Below, in pieces: positions 1 through 12,007 of a stretch of DNA of 64,000 nucleotides. The DNA is from Amoebophrya sp. A120 (Eukaryota; Protista; Dinoflagellata), in NCBI GenBank assembly GCA_905178155.1, contig CAJINV010000012.1:3059412-3123411 (forward strand). Reading direction: 5' to 3'. The notes under the pieces are model-generated. The model was not told the origin of the DNA. It worked only from the letters and a program-made list of their open reading frames with translations, and did no database searches. A program made the translations under genes and the position numbers. Positions within the stretch are counted from its first letter, which is position 1, and every line of letters begins with the position of its first letter.

Positions 1-99
1 CTGCGATGCCTTAAAGCAAGGCAGCGCGCACTTGTGTACGGAAATCCAGCATCAGAAACTTCGTCGCGATATGGGGAGGGGGGATTTTTCCTTACGATA
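1..99. mobile_element. Introner family C (partial)
   Basis: TIR ATATGGGGAGGGGGGATTTTTCCTTACGATA. Confidence 0.8.
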
Positions 100-1066
100 A
101 CGCGCGCTGCCGCTTTTCGTCGGCCAACTGCTTCAGAATCTTCTTCTTATGCTCGTAGTACCGCGCGGTGGCCGCCTCTAGCTTGGAAAGCGAGAGGGAT
201 TTTGATGCTTGTTTCTTGGATACATTGGTCTTGTTTTGTCGTGGTGCTAACAAGCTGCTGCTGTTTGGAAACTTCATGTTCTTCGCCTGGGCAGCAGCGC
301 CGTTTGCAGCTCCAGAAGCAGAAGAGATGATCGCAGAATTGTTCAGATTTTTACTGTTCGATGACAAGACCGAGAGATTCAGAAAATCGTTTTCTCCATC
401 ACTTTTCGCGGACACCATCGAGTCGTCGAGATTCGCGCTTTTCGCCCTATTGCTCCCTTTCGCTTTAGTTTTCAACCCGGCTGCTCCTGAAGATGCAGGA
501 CCATCAACCCCTCCGGGCGTGAAAAACCTACTACTGCTCGTCCCCTCGGAGGATCGGGAGGAAACAACAGACTGGCGGACCCCACCCGCGTTACTAGAGT
601 TCGATTTTTTCCTACTGGACGTCGTCCCTTTCTGCAACAAGTCTACTTTCCCGCTCTTAATAGTCGAAGAAGCTACTGAAGATTTCGAGGAAGAAGCCGG
701 CGTTTTTTTGGCACTGTCAGGAGGAGCAGCGGACGAGGCAGCCGTGCCTGTCTTGTTGTTTTTGCTGGATGCGGCAGGACCACGACCATCATCGCCATTG
801 GCGTTTTTAAGCTGATCTTCGGCTCGTTTCAACTTCTTCTTGTTCCCGCCTTTATTATTCTCACCCCCGGCTGCTGAACCCTCTTCGGCGTTGGAATTGT
901 GATTGTCGCTTGCTTTCCGTTTCTTCGACGGCTCGGGTTCTTTGTCCGCTTTGCTGGTGGTCGCTTTGTCCTGCTTGGAAGTGGAAGACGGAAGAACTTT
1001 CATAGCCGTTGCTGCAGTAGCACCGGAAAGACTACTGCTCGCGGCGTCTTGTTTTTTCGGCGGCAT
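100..1066 (-). CDS. First exon of a gene with a Lys/Ser/Ala-rich low-complexity N-terminus (MPPKKQDAA...); continues off the left edge
   Basis: Long ORF from ATG at 1066 runs into the TIR of a family C element ending at 99. Confidence 0.7.
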
Positions 1067-2742
1067 TTTTGTGTAGGAGGGGTGTAGGCCTATTTTCACG
1101 CGTTGTCCAGCAGTAGTGGTTATTATTTCTCTCTTTCACGTCGTCGTGGTCCGCGAACTTTGAGGCGCGGTCGGATGGGAAACCGGTTGCAATAGGGGAG
1201 TCCGTCGGATGAAAGGTGGCGGCGTTTGTTGTCACACCGTGGGAGGTACAACTTTCGAATTGGCCGGCGAAATCTTGGTGCGGGCGGGGGGAGGGAGCAA
1301 AAGTGGCGTAACGTGGTAGTGGTACCCCAGCAATAAATAAGTATTTTGAAACCCTAAAAACCCACTGTGAAAAAGAGCGCCGCGCGTGCGATGCTTGGCC
1401 AATTGTTGATGCGTCTTGGTTGTTCACTCCGGGGGGACGGGGAGGCGCCGGTAGCGGGACCCGCGCACACCCGAACGGGGAAAGAACCAACCTCACTAGC
1501 GTCTCTCACACTCGAACTCGCTCTACTGCGCCACCCTCAGAAGGCTTCCCGGTCTTGAAAGTGGGACGGGCTCTCTCGTTCTCAGATCGCGGCCCCGGCG
1601 TATTCGGGGACCATAAGGAAATGCTCGCGCGCATTGCGCGCCGCCGAATCGGCCGCCGCACGGGTCCCCGGGGGGCGCCGCCGCTAGCCTTCGGGGACCC
1701 ACCGCCGCGGCCGAAGGTCGCTGCGGCCGCGCCGAAAGTTCGCAAGCCGCTCGGGGCCGGTTTTGTGGGCCATTCGCCGCGCCAGATCGACCCGCGGACG
1801 GGGCCCGGAAGAAGCGGGCGCGATCGGATGTGGCAGTCGCGCCGGAACCCCCCCCCCCCGCGGCGCCGCTCGTATCAGCGGCGCCGCTCTTTGAAAATCC
1901 CTGGGCGCTGGGTGGCTGCCGCAGCCTTGTCCCTCAGGCCCCAATGTGGTGGGTGCTCCCGTTCTAGTTGCCGCCTGGTTCCGGCGACGCACTTGGGCCG
2001 TCTTTGATACCGGGCGCGCGCCCGTCTTCCCGCTCGGTCCCCCGGGGCCGGGGGCCGCGCTCCTTGGCCGAATGCCCACAATGCGGCGGCGCGAGATCGG
2101 CCATGGCCCGATCGGACAGGCCGCCAAGTGGTACGGCGGCGCAATTTCGGAAGCCTGAGGCCCGTACGGCGGCGGCCGGCGCGCCGCCCTCGCGTAACAT
2201 TTGCGGCTGCTCCGCCGCGAGGGTGCGGGGTTTTCCGTTTTTACGCTGCCCGCGCGCGAGATGTGGCGCCCTTCGGCTCTCTTCGCGCGGGATTTGTCCC
2301 CCCATCGGGGACCGCCCCAAGCCCGCAGGCCAGCCGCGCACTAAATCGGGCGCAAGTAGGGAACTTCCGCGCGAGATTCGACGCCCCAAAATCGTGGTCC
2401 CGCGAATGGAATGGCCATCCGATGCGAATGCGCACTGCTGTGCTGCTTCTCCGCACGAATCAACGCGGGCGCGCCGCAGCCGCGCGAGGTTGTGCGCCGC
2501 TCCGCGCCCGCCCCGGGCGGGATTTTGCATCGCCTGCGCACTATCGCGCGGGATATGAGACGACGGGGGGGCGCCCGGCGTCGAGATATGAACCCGCTCG
2601 GCTGGTCGTCTGCAAGATCGGACGCCCGCATCCGGCGGCGCCGCAAGATCCGGGAGCCTTTAGCTCCTTCCTTATAACCAGGGCGATGCTAGGTTCCCGC
2701 GACTCAATGCGGTGGATTGTATCGCGCCTGGAGAGCGCTCCT

Positions 2743-3350
2743 GTGAGAATTTTGACTGCATTGTGCTAGTCTGGTGTAAGATTTGACTGCACTAAACCCA
2801 TCCTACACCACATCTGGCAGCTTTTGCCTGATCCTGTGCACAGATTGGCACCTTTACATCCTTCTACTCTCCATGATGCCGGATCTGTCACCCTTTTGAT
2901 GATCATACACAAGCACACTGCCTGGAATTTGGAGCCATTGGAAGAGTCTGCAAGCACTTTGGACCCAAATAGCACCCTCTATGCACAATTCACCACACAT
3001 CCACTGGCTAGAGACAAGATGTGGCGCCCATGGGCTGGATTCACGCAACAGTTGGCGCAGTTTGGCTGGTCCCGCGCAAGATCTGGCGCCAATGCGCCAG
3101 CTCCATGCAAGATTTGGGACCACTTGGCTGGTTGCACACAAGATTTCGCGCTGATGGGCCGGTCCCACGCGAGATCTGACGCTGATGGGCTAGTCCTAGA
3201 CGAGATTTGGCGCCAATCGGCCAGTCACACACAAGATTTTGCACCAATCGGCCAGCCTCACATAAGATTTAGCGCCAATGGGCTTGACACATGCAACATT
3301 TAGTGCCGATTGGCCGGCCCCATTGGAGATTTTGCGCGGATTGGCCAGCC
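2743..3350 (+). repeat. 31-bp tandem array, degenerate at its 5' end
   Basis: Unit resembles ACGCAAGATTTGGCGCCAATGGGCCGGTCCC. Confidence 0.8.
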
Positions 3351-4669
3351 ACATGTGCAGCTGCGTGAGCCTGCCGAATGCAGCCGGTTTGACTGCATCT
3401 GATGCACGGGGGGCGAGCGCCCCCCCCCCCCCCCCCCTGGTCTGCGCTGCGACACGCAGCGCATGAGAGTGCTGTGCGTGAGTGATTCGCGCACGTGAGT
3501 GTGAGCAGCATCGGGCCTGAGCGATGGCCGCGAGCGACGTATCGCTCGTCCTTGGCAGCAGGGAGTCTTCCTGCTGGGATTTTTTCTCAGCAGTGGCTCT
3601 TCGTGGTCTTACCGTCCACGCCAACTGCAGGTACGCTTGTGCCACCCCACTGGCTGGGTGTGTTTGTAGGGCGATCGCATCTTGTTCTGATGCGCCCTAG
3701 TTGCACTTGCGTTACACATCCCCTCACGATGAGGGGCGCTGTTTCGCGTCCTCGATCGGACGCTGCTGCCGCTACGCAGCCCGTTTCCCGCTTGATCGTG
3801 CGCACGATGCGCCCCGCCGTGGTTCGGCGCCCGCTCCGGCCGCTGCTGGCCCGGTCGCACATGCCGGAAGCATGTGCTTCCCCCCTGTTGCTGCTCGGTT
3901 TGCTTTTGGCCAGGCTGTCTACGATCCGTAGACAGCCTCCGCACGCTCGCACGCGCCTCGCGTAGGATGCGACGCCCGATGATCCGCCGCGGAAACCGTT
4001 TTTCCCCCGCTCTAGGCCGTCTACGATCCGTAGACGCCCTAGTGGCGCTTGGTCGCGCCACCGCTCGCGCTTGCTCGATGACCCGCCGCCGCGGGTCCGC
4101 TGCAGCATGCGTAGGACCCAAGGGTCCTGTCGGCGTTTTGGCGCAGCTCTCGAGGCAGGTCCGTCGCGTTGTGTTCCAGGACGCTTCGCACCCTGCACGG
4201 GAGCGTGCGTCCCGGCCCCTCCTCGGAGGGTGGGTCGTCCGCCTTGAGGCTTGCCTCGAGAGCGGCGCCTTTTGCCTTCGCGCGTTGTTCAAGCGGCCCG
4301 TGCAGCTGCACGCCCCGCACGCCCATCGCCACGATCTGCTGTGCTCGATCGCACGCATGCTGTACCCGCAGCCTAGCTAGGCGCTCTCTGATGAAGAGCC
4401 GGGTGGAGATTGCTTTGTGGCGCCGCGGTTGGCGCCCTCTCCTCCAGAGAGCTGGGTGGAGTTGGTAGTTGGCAGTTCCACCCGGCCTTCACCGATCTCC
4501 GCTGCGCTTTGCACGAGACGTTCCGGTGCGGAAGTCACGCGCAGCTTCGGGTTCAGCCCGCACGGTCGGCCTGTCCTCGAGGCTCTCCGCCTGCTCTGCG
4601 GCAGTCCGCTTGAGGTCGCGTTGCGACCCTGACGACTTGGTCGTCGCCTCATCGCGCCATAAGACTGCA

Positions 4670-5150
4670 GTAAAACAAGATTTCGTGCCAATGGCCCGGC
4701 TCTAGGCAAGATTAAGCGCCAATCGGCCGGTCCGACCCAAGATTTGGCGCTGATTGATTGGCCTGGCGCGAAATTTGGCGCCAATAAGCCGGCTCTACAC
4801 AAGATTTCTCGCCAATGGGCCAGCTCTGCGTGAGATTTGACGCCGATTGGCCGGTCCCACGTGAGATTTGACACCAATGGGCCGGTCACACGCAAGATTT
4901 GGCACGAATGCGCTGGTCTTACGCAAGATTTGGCGCCAATGGGCCGGTCCCACGCGAGATTTGGCGCCGATTGGCCGGCCCCGCACGATATTTAGCGCCA
5001 ATGGGCTGCTCCTACGCGAGCTTTGGTGCCGATGGGCTGCTCCTAGGCGAGAATTTGGTGCCAATGGGCTGATCCTACGCAAGATTTGGTGCCGATGGGC
5101 TGCTCCTACGCAAGATTTGGCGCCGATGGGCCGGTCCTGCGCGAGATTTG
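4670..5150 (+). repeat. 31-bp tandem array, same family
   Basis: About 15 units of ACGCAAGATTTGGCGCCAATGGGCCGGTCCC. Confidence 0.9.
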
Positions 5151-5457
5151 ATTACCTTCCCGGTGCCCCGCACCCCGCCTGCCGGTGCCCCGCACCCCGC
5201 CTGCCGGGCGAGGGTTGTGCACCTGCGGGTGCTGCGTCGTCTCACACCGCGTTTATTTTGCGCCTGTGTTCATGCTAGGGATTAGCGTTGCATGCGCACG
5301 CCCTGCTCGGGCTTCGGACTGAAGTTTTTATTCGCCATCTCCCGCCCGCGCGATGAAGTTGCAGGCACATTCGCTAGGCAACCATTAGAGCCAGATGCGG
5401 TCTGATCAGTAACATGTTGTGAGCTCCGGTGTTGCGTCGAACGCTAGCAAAGGAAAC

Positions 5458-6256
5458 ATGGTCGACTGGGCAGGCGGCAAGGACTACGATCGATGCGCGC
5501 TCAACGTCGCAGTGAAGGGTAGGGAAAAGAAAATCTGCGGTCGAGATGAAACTTGTGCTGCGCACCTCATCGCAATTCATGCAGATGATATGCGTCTCCG
5601 TGCCCCACTCGGGGAAGAGATGGTCTTACTTACAATACAAGGCTTGGAAGTCGTCCTTGTAGAGCGGATCGCCTATCGATAAGTAGTACTGCCATGTGTT
5701 TATTGTCTTTGTCAAGACCATGCAGCAAACTAATAACTGCTCAAGTTTTAATACCGACTTCAGATCATTTTTTCCCTGCGAGAACCTCGAGCGTCGGCTT
5801 CTGCGCAGCCCTCGTGCCGAGCATCGTGCTGCTGCGGGGCAGGACGAGCAGGAGCTTTGCGTTCGGTCTGGGCACGGGAATCGGTGTCGGGATGGCGCTG
5901 CATGAAAACATGGTATAAAGAATATTCGAGATTCTAATAATTTGTATTGCAGCTCCTGCCGTCAGTGAAAAAGTAAAAGTTTCTGATGCAGTACTACAGC
6001 ATGGTAGACAAATGAAAAAACCTCAGATGTTCTTCAAGCACGGGCCAACGGTGGTGCAACTCCCCGAGGATTTCCAGAAAGAAGCGGAGTATCCTGTGCA
6101 AAAGTATCGTACTCGTTCTCGTACTAATTGGAATTATGCATGACAAGTCTTGTCCTGAAGGTCAAACAGCATGACAAATTCCATTTGTCATGCTGAGGTA
6201 ATTTGTAATGCAATTACTACTAGTACGATGCTTTTGCAATTCATACGGAGTACTAG
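5458..6256 (+). CDS. MIC10: MICOS subunit Mic10-like, multi-exon; 3' end uncertain (possible extra exon near 6535-6586)
   Basis: Exons give MVDWAGGKDYDRCALNVAVK...VGFCAALVPSIVLLRGRTSRSFAFGLGTGIGVGMA, matching the Mic10 D-R-C and GxGxGxG motifs. Confidence 0.65.
6090..6245. mobile_element. Introner, short family S
   Basis: TIR with TGCAAAAG..TCGTACT; DR CGGAG. Confidence 0.8.
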
Positions 6257-7177
6257 TATGCAATGGAACAAATACGAGCTAACCGTGTGAGCTACGAGTA
6301 CTATGTGGGAACTGCGAAGTAGAGTTTTTTGCCATGCTAACACCCATTATGCTTTCCGTCTCTTTAGGATACTAGTTATATGCATGTCAACGAAACAGTT
6401 CAACGCTGTAGTCCCTGGCATCTACTTCCGGTGCGCACTCGCGAAAGACAACATCAAACCAGAGTCACTCGTATCTTCGCACGACCCTGCTCCCAATTCA
6501 CGGGTTGTTGTATACCTACCGGGATTACTTCCTTGAGCGGCTCCCGGCCAAGGAGTACATAAAAGCGCTGGCGAGCAAGAGCTGATCAAGATGAGAAGAC
6601 CATTTGTACAGACCAACAAATACGGTGAAGAGCATCATCTCTACAACCTGCATCACAAACAACAGAGCAATGGGAAAACTGCGGACTCGTCTGAATCTTT
6701 TCAATTCTGTACTTCTAACTACGCAATTATACTACAGCAGCCGTTCTTGCACTAGACAAGGGAGGACGGCCGCAGAGGAAAGTGCCGCCCCGCGCTTGCT
6801 CTTTGAGTTCACTTTCACTTAGAAGTTGTACTTTTCGGTTTATTAGATTTCTTTGGAAGAAGTGTAAAAAAGGCTCCATGAGGATTCCGCCGGTGGAAAA
6901 GATCAGGATCTACTTACTTTTGCGGTCGTAGCAAAGTGTCAGATCAAAAGACGGATACCTAGAAGCATTTCGCAAGATCAGCTTCTCTCTACCTTCGCAA
7001 GGGAACAAGTATAGCTTTGTTTTTCGTTCTGGGTTACTAGAAAAACCAATGCGCCCATTGTACCACCGACGGCATCAGAATAAAACAAGAAAATGAAGCA
7101 GCTCTGCTAGTGGTGCTACTGCGCAGCGTTTGCAAAATTTCCGTTCGAGCCTGGCCGTAGAAGAAACGAGCAGGATC

Positions 7178-8217
7178 ATGGCTGGTAGCACCTCTAAACC
7201 CACCACCCCCTCCTCCATCGCAGAGGCATGGAAGAATGGCACCCTGTCGCTCGATATCGTCTGCAAGTGTACAACTTACATCGTGGTGGCACTAGATGCG
7301 TTTCTGCGCGACAGATGGCGGGGTTTGCTATTTTGTTCCTGCGTGAGAAATTGTATAATTTGATTCTTAAAAAGTTTGTTATGATGCAAGACTGACTACG
7401 ATATGTACACTTTTGCATTGCATACTCGACATGGTCAGCAAGACCGCGGTGCTGCAGTACCTGCTTGTAATCAACATCCTCACGTTCTTCATCTTATGCA
7501 TTGCAAAAGCCGATCGTACTAGTACAAAGTGCACCTCCAGATGTTTTTTACAGAAAAATGCATCAGATAGGAAGTTATCTGGCCTTGTTCTGCATGATTG
7601 CGAGTATCAAGACGAGTGGCAGTGCGATCCTTTTGCAGTTGATCCATCTACGGGCTAGACAAGTGCTGCGCGAAGTTTTCGAATTCCCTGTTGCCGAAAA
7701 AACTAGCCAAATCAATGTTCGGGAGCATGACAACGAGACTGGCCGTATTCCCAGTAAAACCGTCCCCACACCCCAGAGCTGTCATGCAAAATCGCATGTT
7801 GGTGATATCTCTCATGCGCGCAGCCAGATGAGGAGAACTTTCTAAATGGTTATTTGAAACTTGTAATGCTGTACTTACGATAAGCTGATCGATTTGTGAT
7901 GCGGCTTTCACTGCCAATCTCTACTGCACGAAGCGTCCAGATTTGTCATGCGGAGTTCACAAAGCTTTCTGATTTGCGTAGCGAAATCCCTATCTTGACT
8001 CTGGCTGGGGTGCGGACGTTTTTGCACAGGATAAACCGAATCGGTGCTCTTAACCTTCACGCTGATTGGCGGCTCACCCGCGGCCTTTTTCGCGATGCAG
8101 ATTTTCCGCCACAAGACACTGAAAACCAGCTTTCAGTTTCAGTTTAATCTGATCGTTCTGGTGCACCTGGCAGGGGTCGGGTTTGTACTGTACAGTCGGG
8201 ATATTTTCAAAACATAA
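7178..8217 (+). CDS. DUF1294 (YsdA-like) membrane protein, 3 introners
   Basis: After element removal: YLLVINILTFFIYGLDK...RLAESVLLTFTLIGGSPAAFFAMQIFRHKTLKTSF, the DUF1294 signature; stop at 8215-8217. Confidence 0.85.
7255..7424. mobile_element. Introner, minor family
   Basis: TIR TAT..TGCAAGTGTACA; DR CTCGA. Confidence 0.8.
7495..7644. mobile_element. Introner, S-like
   Basis: DR CATCT; frame restored (FFIYGLDK). Confidence 0.8.
7746..8033. mobile_element. Introner family B
   Basis: TIR ..AAAA(A/C)CGTCCCCAC; DR GGCCG/AACCG. Confidence 0.8.
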
Positions 8218-8685
8218 CATAACCCACTAGCCTTCATCTTACTTTAGCGGCCGTAATTTGCGTGCGATAAAAATTATTATTATTATTATTATTATTCCAG
8301 GAAGTGAAAGAATGGGCGGTGCAGCTCTTTTGGAACAAGCTTGGGGCAGCACAAAGACAAACAAAGTTATCATGATTTTATCCTTTTGCTAGTCCTTTGT
8401 CCTTTGCGTGTTCGAAAAAAATTATGGTCGTTTTCGTCGAAGTGTAAGCTTTCTTATCCACTTACATCGTTGTACTATCGGACTCGCCGACGATCGGTCG
8501 TGATCTTGTTTCTGTTATCTCGTACACTATGCATAGTGCTGTGAATCATACATCCTTTCTGAAGAGCAAAGGGACAACTTATTTTGAAAACAACACATAA
8601 TGCGCAACAACTGCGGAAATAAAATGCGCACGACCCCGTGTAAAAATCGTCTTTGTGTTTTCTTGCAACAAGAACGACCGTCAAC

Positions 8686-11600
8686 ATGACCGTCGCTGCG
8701 CTCGTCGACACCGTCCGCAATTGGCCAAAATGGAAGCAGGGATTCCTGGTGTGCAGCGCCTGGGTCCCGGTGTATTACTGGTGGGACCGCCGGGGAACGT
8801 ACCGGAGTTCTAAAGCCTACCGCCAACGGATCATATGGATTGCAAAAGTGTCTGGGTCTGGAAAGTTGGAACTTGTGATGCTACATTTAGATTCTAAAAA
8901 AATCTGTATTGCATGAGCAGCAAATAAGAGAGTCCAAATTTTGCTACACGGAAAGAGCATTTGTCATGCGGCATAGGCATCAGGAAGCCCTCACAAAATC
9001 TGTGATGCTAGGGCATGCATCACAGACAGGAGGAGTCATGGAAAATGTGAATGACAAACCTTGGATCCTTCCAGACCCAGACATTTTTACATTTGATAGA
9101 TCACGGAAAAATGCTACATGGATGTGGCGATCGGAAATACGTACGCCGGGCGAATTATCAAATGTAAAAATGTCTGGGTCTGGAAGATTGCGAGACTTGT
9201 CATGCAGCTTTTCCATGACCCATGAGGTCTGGAATGCAGGACGTAGCATGACAGATTTTTAGAGCGCTTTGTGATGCCTCTACAGCATGAGAAATGACCT
9301 CTCCGCGTAGCACAAACTGGAGTCCTCTTGCTGGGCATGCAATACAAATTTTTTCAGAATCCAGAGACAGCATCACAAGTTTAGAATGTTCCAGACCCAG
9401 ACACTTTTACAGTTGATACGAATCATCTTCGGGCTCTACGGCCACGACTGTCTATGAATTGCAAAAGTGTCTGGGTCTGGAAGATTGCAACTCGTCATGC
9501 TGTTTTTGGACTCTAAAAAAATTTGTATTGTATGACCAGCAAGAGGGGTCCGGTTTGTGCTACATGGACAGGGCATTTCTCATGCGAAAGGTGCATCAGG
9601 AAGCCCTCTACAAGTCTGTCATGCTAGGTCATGCATTAGAGGCATCATGGATCATGAGAAATATGCATGACAAACCTCGTCGAACAAGGGCTTCGTCGAT
9701 CGATTGCGCCACTAGGGCCTTGTGTTCCGCCTACTCCGGATCGCAATCGATGGAGGGCGGGACCTGCACCGGCGACAGGCGCTATCCAACCAACCAACCA
9801 ACCAACCAAACCTGGCAATCTTCCAGACCCAGACATTTTTACATTTGATACTGCCCCATGACGAGCGAGAACTTTTTGCAGCTGTGCAAGGGCTTTGAGT
9901 ATCAATTGCGAATATGTTTGGATCTGGAAGAGTGTGATCATGCTGTTTGTGCATGACACAGAAGGTCTGGCATGCAAGTCCTAGCAACACAGGTTTGGAG
10001 CAGGTTAGGCGCTGCCTAATCCGCATGACAAGTTCCCTCCTTGGGTGCTGACAAGAAATGACCAACTTTTGCGGTCCATGCATGACAAATTTTTTTCTGG
10101 TCTCAAATGCGCATCAGAAGTTTACATGTCTCCAGACCCAAAAATGTTTGCACTGCATATTTGGATCAACGACAAGAAGATCGGGTACAAAAACACGCTT
10201 TTCCACCACGTGAACCCCGGGGCGGTGGTTATCAAAGTGAAAAAATCCCCCACCCCATATTCAAAAGACGATTTGTGTTGCTGGATTTGTGTACACAAAT
10301 TTGTATTGGAGCAAGAGCTTGCCGGCATATTTTAAGCCCATTTGGGTACGCATCCGGCTAGCAGCTGAGCATGAGAAACAACTCTGACATAGGCGAAAAC
10401 GCATGACAGACTCGCTGCACGATGCGCCACATGGGTGCCGTTTGCCTTGCACGCAAGACGAAGCTGATTTGTGGTCACAAATCAGCATCGCAAATGTTGC
10501 TTTCGATACGGGAAGGGGGGATTTTTCCTTACGATAGTGGTGGTCGGCGGTGACGTCATCGCGGGGGATGGAACCACCCACGTATCAAAAGGAAAAATCC
10601 CCCCTCCCCATATCGAAAAGGTAAGTTTCCAAAAATTTGTGTTGCTGATTTGAGGTCACAAACCACCTTTGATGTAGTGCAAGAAGACAAGGGCAGAAGC
10701 TTCCGCCCCATTATGGAAGCGGTTTGCCATGCTGTTGGGCCTAAAGGGGAGCCGTTTGCAATGTTGAACAACTAGACCCATACGCCCCTACCTAGCCTGG
10801 GGATCTGATTGCAATACCTTCCTGCAATACCATGCTGATCTGTGTACACAAATCCAGCATCAGAAGTTGCGTTTTATTATGGGGAGGGGGGATTCTTCCT
10901 TTTGATGCCACGGGTGCAGCATTTACGGGCGGCAGTTTCCGGACGAGAGTTACGACATTTTGTTCACGCACGAGGGAGATTTGGCGATGTGTCGCTGGGG
11001 CTTCGACACCCAGGCGTCCGCGTTTATGATCACGTTGTCGCGGAGTTGCAAGTATGAATTGCAAAAGTATCGTACTCGTATAAACGCATTTACAAATTTC
11101 CCCAGCATGAGAAATGAAAGCTGTAGTGCGGATTTACCTTAAGAAAAAAATTTGTAATGCATAAACGCAATTAGTACGAGAGCGATACTTTTGCACAGGA
11201 CAGCAAGCGGTTGTGCGAGGGCGAGCACGTGGTGTTTGGGACGGTTTTATCGTAAGGAAAAATCTCCCCTCCCCATATCGAAAAGGAAATTTGTGATGCT
11301 GGATTTGCGCACACAAATCAGATTTGTCTTGCAGTAGAGGACTGCAGGCATATGCGAAGCCTGGGCCGAGGGGTTTTGCCGTGGGCGCCTAGTATGACAA
11401 ATGTCTACGCTTTAAGCAAAACAGCATCACAACCTGCCAGCATAATGTGGCGGACTCTCTGGATTTGCCTTCTTGCAAGACAGACAGGAATTGTGGCCAC
11501 AAATCTGCATCGCAAATTTTCAGACAGTTACGCTTTCAATATGGCGCGGGGGGATTCTTCCTCTTCATAGGTTTTGAAGGGCATGCGCGTGGTGGAGGAC

Positions 11601-12007
11601 ATCGCCGCGATGGGACCAAGAAGAGGTATAAAAAGCACAAAGTTTTTTTTTCTGTGAATAAACAGAATTGAGTATTCATTTTCTCTCACTGTGTGAATAT
11701 CTTTCCCCGGGAAGTAGATCCGCCGCGCCAAAGAGCCAAATCAAAGAGGACGTCGAGCAGCAAACTGTCGCAGGCACGACATCTCCAAAACGCGGGACCA
11801 ATTGTTCCGTACTTTTTTCATGAAATATTAACAGGCACGTTTCAAGAGCAACAAAAGCCGATGATGCCGGTCAGGATTCTCGACTGCGGTGTCTTCGACG
11901 AGCAGACCGCGCGCAAACCTATACCGAGAGAGTTTCGCACGCACCAAACCAGAAGAATGACGGAAGAAGAATTCGTGTCGCGCAAGGAGCTCATGGTGGC
12001 GCTGTGA
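8686..12007 (+). CDS. Divergent cyclophilin-type PPIase-fold protein, 8 introners plus 1 other intron
   Basis: Reassembled: TEKCYMDVAIGNTYAGRIIFGLYGHDCPMTSENFLQLCKG...GYKNTLFHHVNPG...GGD...SIYGRQFPDE...HVVFGTVLKGMRVVEDI...VRILDCG. Confidence 0.9.
8834..9098. mobile_element. Introner family A
   Basis: TIR ..TGTCTGGGTCTGGAA; DR GATCA. Confidence 0.9.
9156..9418. mobile_element. Introner family A (opposite orientation)
   Basis: DR CGAAT. Confidence 0.9.
9453..9850. mobile_element. Introner family A with nested insert
   Basis: DR CTGTC/CTGCC. Confidence 0.9.
9678..9806 (+). mobile_element. SINE-like or 5'-truncated non-LTR insert
   Basis: TSD CAAACCT (9671-9677, 9807-9813) and a (CCAA)n tail. 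Confidence 0.7.
9900..10159. mobile_element. Introner family A
   Basis: TIR; degenerate DR TTGAG/TTTGG. Confidence 0.85.
10230..10536. mobile_element. Introner family C
   Basis: DR GTGGT. Confidence 0.9.
10583..10907. mobile_element. Introner family C
   Basis: DR CCACG. Confidence 0.9.
11053..11202. mobile_element. Introner family S
   Basis: DR GCAAG. Confidence 0.85.
11248..11569. mobile_element. Introner family C
   Basis: DR GGTTT. Confidence 0.9.

Noticed and set aside
2645-2740. HDV-like ribozyme, SL RNA or SRP RNA
   Set aside because: Only simple hairpins; no nested double pseudoknot and no DinoSL CCGTAGCCATTTTGGCTCAAG
1367-5278. Many overlapping Arg/Pro/Ala-rich ORFs
   Set aside because: Expected from very high GC and tandem repeats; no recognisable domain
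8165-8280. U1 snRNA-like ACCTGGCAGGGG
   Set aside because: Lies in DUF1294 coding sequence (HLAGVG); lacks ATACTT and the remaining U1 structure
8834-9098. Tc1/mariner MITEs with a TA target duplication
   Set aside because: TA is internal to a site-specific 5-bp DR, and only removing TA...TA plus 5 nt restores the frame
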